From contig NIVC01000654.1 in the NCBI GenBank assembly GCA_002269645.1, positions 251,009-315,008 of the forward strand: a stretch of 64,000 nucleotides of DNA, read 5' to 3'. Of the stretch, positions 60,515 to 64,000 are shown one piece after another. Position 1 is the first letter of the stretch. Every line of letters begins with the position of its first letter. This DNA comes from Macrostomum lignano. Taxonomy: Eukaryota. The position numbers and the translations under genes were made by a program. Under the pieces are notes generated by a model, which ran no database searches, had not been told where the DNA came from, and saw only the letters and a list, made by a program, of their open reading frames with translations.

Positions 60515-61310
60515 AGTCAGGAGTCCCAATCCATAAGTCAGGAGTCCCTATCCATGAGTCAGGAGTCCCTATCCATATAAGTCAGGAGTCCCAATCCATA
60601 TAAGTCAGGAGTCCCAATCCATATAAGTCAGGAGTCCCAATCCATATAAGTCAGGAGTCCCAATCCATGAGTCAGGAGTCCCAATCCATGAGTCAGGAGT
60701 CCCTATCCATATAAGTCAGGAGTCCCAATCCATGAGTCAGGAGTCCCAATCCATATAAGTCAGGAGTCCCAATCCATGAGTCAGGAGTCCCAATCCATGA
60801 GTCAGGAGTCCCTATCCATATAAGTCAGGAGTCCCAATCCATGAGTCAGGAGTCCCTATCCATATAAGTCAGGAGTCCCAATCCATGAGTCAGGAGTCCC
60901 AATCCATGAGTCAGGAGTCCCAATCCATATAAGTCAGGAGTCCCAATCCATGAGTCAGGAGTCCCAATCCATATAAGTCAGGAGTCCCAATCCATGAGTC
61001 AGGAGTCCCAATCCATGAGTCAGGAGTCCCAATCCATGAGTCAGGAGTCCCAATCCATAAGTCAGGAGTCCCAATCCATGAGTCAGGAGTCCCAATCCAT
61101 GAGTCAGGAGTCCCAATCCATGAGTCAGGAGTCCCAATCCATGAGTCAGGAGTCCCAATCCATGAGTCAGGAGTCCCAATCCATGAGTCAGGAGTCCCAA
61201 TCCATGAGTCAGGAGTCCCAATCCATGAGTCAGAAGTCCCAATCCATATAAGTCAGGAGTCCCAATCCATATAAGTCAGGAGTCCCAATCCATGAGTCAG
61301 GAGTCCCAAT
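60515..61310. repeat. 21-bp minisatellite GAGTCAGGAGTCCCAATCCAT, 3' of LAS1L
   Basis: Direct inspection. Confidence 0.96.
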
Positions 61311-61789
61311 CAGTTTCAGTCTATTTTGTATTTGTACAATTAATTTTGCATTTGTACAGCTTCTGTACAGAAGTACGGATTTCCAATGCCAAACAAAAGA
61401 ACTTCAATTAAAATATTTTACCAATAAAAAAAATACTGCAATGCGCGTTTATTGCTACTCTCAGTGAATCTTGGCATGCAAGTAGCATAATGAAGCCTAT
61501 AGTCACTTCATCATTTGTCTAAATCCAGTACTTTTTCTCTTGACTCTCCATATTTCTGATTCACAAGCTGGCTTCCACTGTAACCTTGTTCTCCCTTCTC
61601 TTGTATAAAGCAATTCTGGCTGTAACTTTTACGCCACCAATAAATTTGTGTATAATAATGCAGTTTCACAGCCTCTTAGATACTTTGCTTGTATGACTGA
61701 TTGAATTGCAGCAATTTTGTTTACTTTTTGCTCCTTTTCGGAATTTAGTATTCAGAAGAACTCGTTTGACAGGTTTTCTCGAACGTTGT

Positions 61790-62512
61790 TGGGCAAGCCT
61801 CCCAGTGTCAGTTGCTGGGCCAGCCTCCCAGTGTCAGTTGCTGGGCCAGACTCTCAGAAGATCCCCAGTTGCTGGGCCAGGCTCCCAGATCCCCAGTTGC
61901 TGGGCCAGCCTCCCAGATCCTCAGTTGCTGAGTCAGCCTCCCATGTAGATCCTCAGTTGCTGAGTCAGCCTCCCATGTAGATCCTCAGTTGCTGAGTCAG
62001 CCTCCCAGATCCTCAGTTGCTGAGTCAGCCTCCCAGATCCTCAGTTGCTGAGTCAGCCTCCCAGATCCTCAGTTGCTGAGTCAGCCTCCCATGTAGATCC
62101 TCAGTTGCTGAGTCAGCCTCCCATGTAGATCCTCAGTTGCTGAGTCAGCCTCCCATGTAGATCCTCAGTTGCTGAGTCAGCCTCCCATGTAGATCCTCAG
62201 TTGCTGAGTCAGCCTCCCATGTAGATCCTCAGTTGCTGAGTCAGCCTCCCATGTAGATCCTCAGTTGCTGAGTCAGCCTCCCATGTAGATCCTCAGTTGC
62301 TGAGTCAGCCTCCCATGTAGATCCTCAGTTGCTGAGTCAGCCTCCCATGTAGATCCTCAGTTGCTGAGTCAGCCTCCCAGATCCTCAGTTGCTGAGTCAG
62401 CCTCCCAGATCCTCAGTTGCTGAGTCAGCCTCCCAGATCCCTAGTTGCTTGGCCAGCCTCCCAGATCCTCAGTTGCTGGGCCAGCCTCCCAGATCCTCAG
62501 TTGCTGGGCCAC
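61790..62512 (+). repeat. 28/30-bp GCTG(G/A)G(C/T)CAGCCTCCCAG family array (third locus)
   Basis: Direct inspection. Confidence 0.95.
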
Positions 62513-62599
62513 CACCGTCCTATAAAAAGTATGTAATTTGGTTTAGAAGTTCATCGCTAAGTCCAAATCAAGTTCTTTGAGCTGAATGTTGACTCAGAA

Positions 62600-63290
62600 G
62601 GCAAAGCGCAGTGCTTCATCTGTCATGCAGCTACATGTACAACAATGAAGCGTACATTAAGGAAAATATTAATCACAAGAATTATAACAGTACCGCGTCC
62701 GCATTTTATTATTTCTAATACAATGTATGGATCACGTTAATATTAGTCCAATACGGCAAGCTAGCCGCACGCAGTTTACACTGAGTGAGCGCTCACCAGT
62801 ATGTACATTTTATTGATGACAACAGTTAGTATCTGTGCGCAGGTGCTTGAAAATAAAATTGATAAAAACGCACGAATATTTTCACTAGTCCAGTGTCAGT
62901 CAAATTATAAGAAAAATTACAAAAAAATCTGGCGATTTTCGTTCTACTCTACTGGCGTTATAATAGTAGTAAAAGTAGCTTTATTCCTGAAAACAAAAAT
63001 TGTGAAAAAACCGACTGAACCAAATAGGAATAACGCAGTTAAAACTGTTGAGGGAAAATTTAGATATTGTTATCAGTTTGATTGAATACTATGCCCTCTA
63101 ATTGTTGTCCAGACTATAATTGAATTAATTTGGTCAGAGGTGCAGCTGTACTTTGTTAGGCGTGAACAAATCAATTAAAGTCAGATAACAATTAGATATC
63201 TACAATCGACGATTTCATACTACTCTTGGCCAAAAGTAACAAATAATAAATACTTAATGTACGAATACGGTAGATTTTATGACTATTGAA
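62600..63290 (+). pseudogene. Possible highly degraded IS630/Tc1-type (DDE_3) transposase remnant
   Basis: Frameshifted fragments resemble the family: MPSNCCPDYN/IELIWSEVQ (cf. LPPYSPDLNPIELVW..VK) at ~63090-63150 and SKSSFIPE at ~62965. No TIRs recognised. Confidence 0.3.
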
Positions 63291-63662
63291 TTGCTCAAAT
63301 TTTCTACGGAAATGAAATCAAATTTTACGGCATCTATTAAAACTAAATCAGTGCAGTTCACAGGGAGCAGGCAAAACTTGCAGCGCTATTGAATCAATTT
63401 TAACAAATCAAAACGAAAAACAATACAAATTTTTAATCTATCGCTTGTTACCAGTAATCAAAATAAATGGCGCACAATTGTGGAAATAAAAACGCAACGC
63501 AAACATGTACAGGCAAATAAGCACGCGGGCTGTGATTCTCATGAAAATTTGAATAATTAATAAAATTATGAGTTTGCCTGCATGATTTTTAGCATGACAC
63601 AAGATCAAGATAAAATAAGATTTGGATCTTCAAAGAGGCAATTAATTATTATAGATGAGTAA

Positions 63663-64000
63663 TTGGTAGAGACAGACCTCTGAACCTTCAGGTGTCATTG
63701 GTAGAGTCAGACCTCTGAACCTTCAGGTGTCATTGGTAGAGTCAGACCTCTGAACCTTCAGGTGTCATTGGTAGAGACAGACCTCTGAACCTTCAGGTGT
63801 CATTGGTAGAGTCAGACCTCTGAACCTTCAGGTGTCATTGGTAGAGTCAGACCTCTGAACCTTCAGGTGTCATTGGTAGAGACAGACCTCTGAACCTTCA
63901 GGTGTCATTGGTAGAGTCAGACCTCTGAACCTTCAGGTGTCATTGGTAGAGACAGACCTCTGAACCTTCAGGTGTCATTGGTAGAGTCAGACCTCTGAAC
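63663..64000. repeat. 35-bp minisatellite GGTAGAG(A/T)CAGACCTCTGAACCTTCAGGTGTCATT, running off the window end
   Basis: Period 35, no spacers. Confidence 0.96.

Noticed and set aside
63663-64000. 35-bp repeat of CRISPR-like length (also the 28-, 32- and 47-bp arrays)
   Set aside because: Units are head-to-tail with no unique spacers, there are no cas genes, and the context is eukaryotic.

Overview
Intron-rich animal genomic DNA with no prokaryotic features. The style (GC-rich exons, introns packed with 13-47 bp minisatellites) suggests a free-living flatworm such as Macrostomum; this is an inference, not an identification. Four intact-looking spliced genes can be reconstructed by eye: a Snail-family C2H2 factor (- strand, ~9579-11588), KDM6A/UTX (+, 11 coding exons, 18120-36014), FBXW5 (+, 7 exons, 38992-47150) and LAS1L (+, 3 exons, 57328-60420). 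There is also a tRNA-Lys(CTT). Mobile DNA includes a decayed LOA/R1-type LINE interrupted by a 464-bp MITE, three complete copies plus one orphan end of a second 8-bp-TSD MITE family, a non-autonomous Helitron carrying a minisatellite, and a tRNA-derived CORE/Meta-type SINE. Between FBXW5 and LAS1L lies a cassette of two co-oriented spliced pseudogenes, one with a BEN domain and one with an HROB/DUF4539-like OB fold. In the stretches I reconstructed they are broken only by C>T-type stop codons. The most striking feature is that 18 of 19 reconstructed host-gene introns each hold a tandem array, some running up to or into the splice sites. Most long ORFs in the supplied track are translated minisatellites, not genes.
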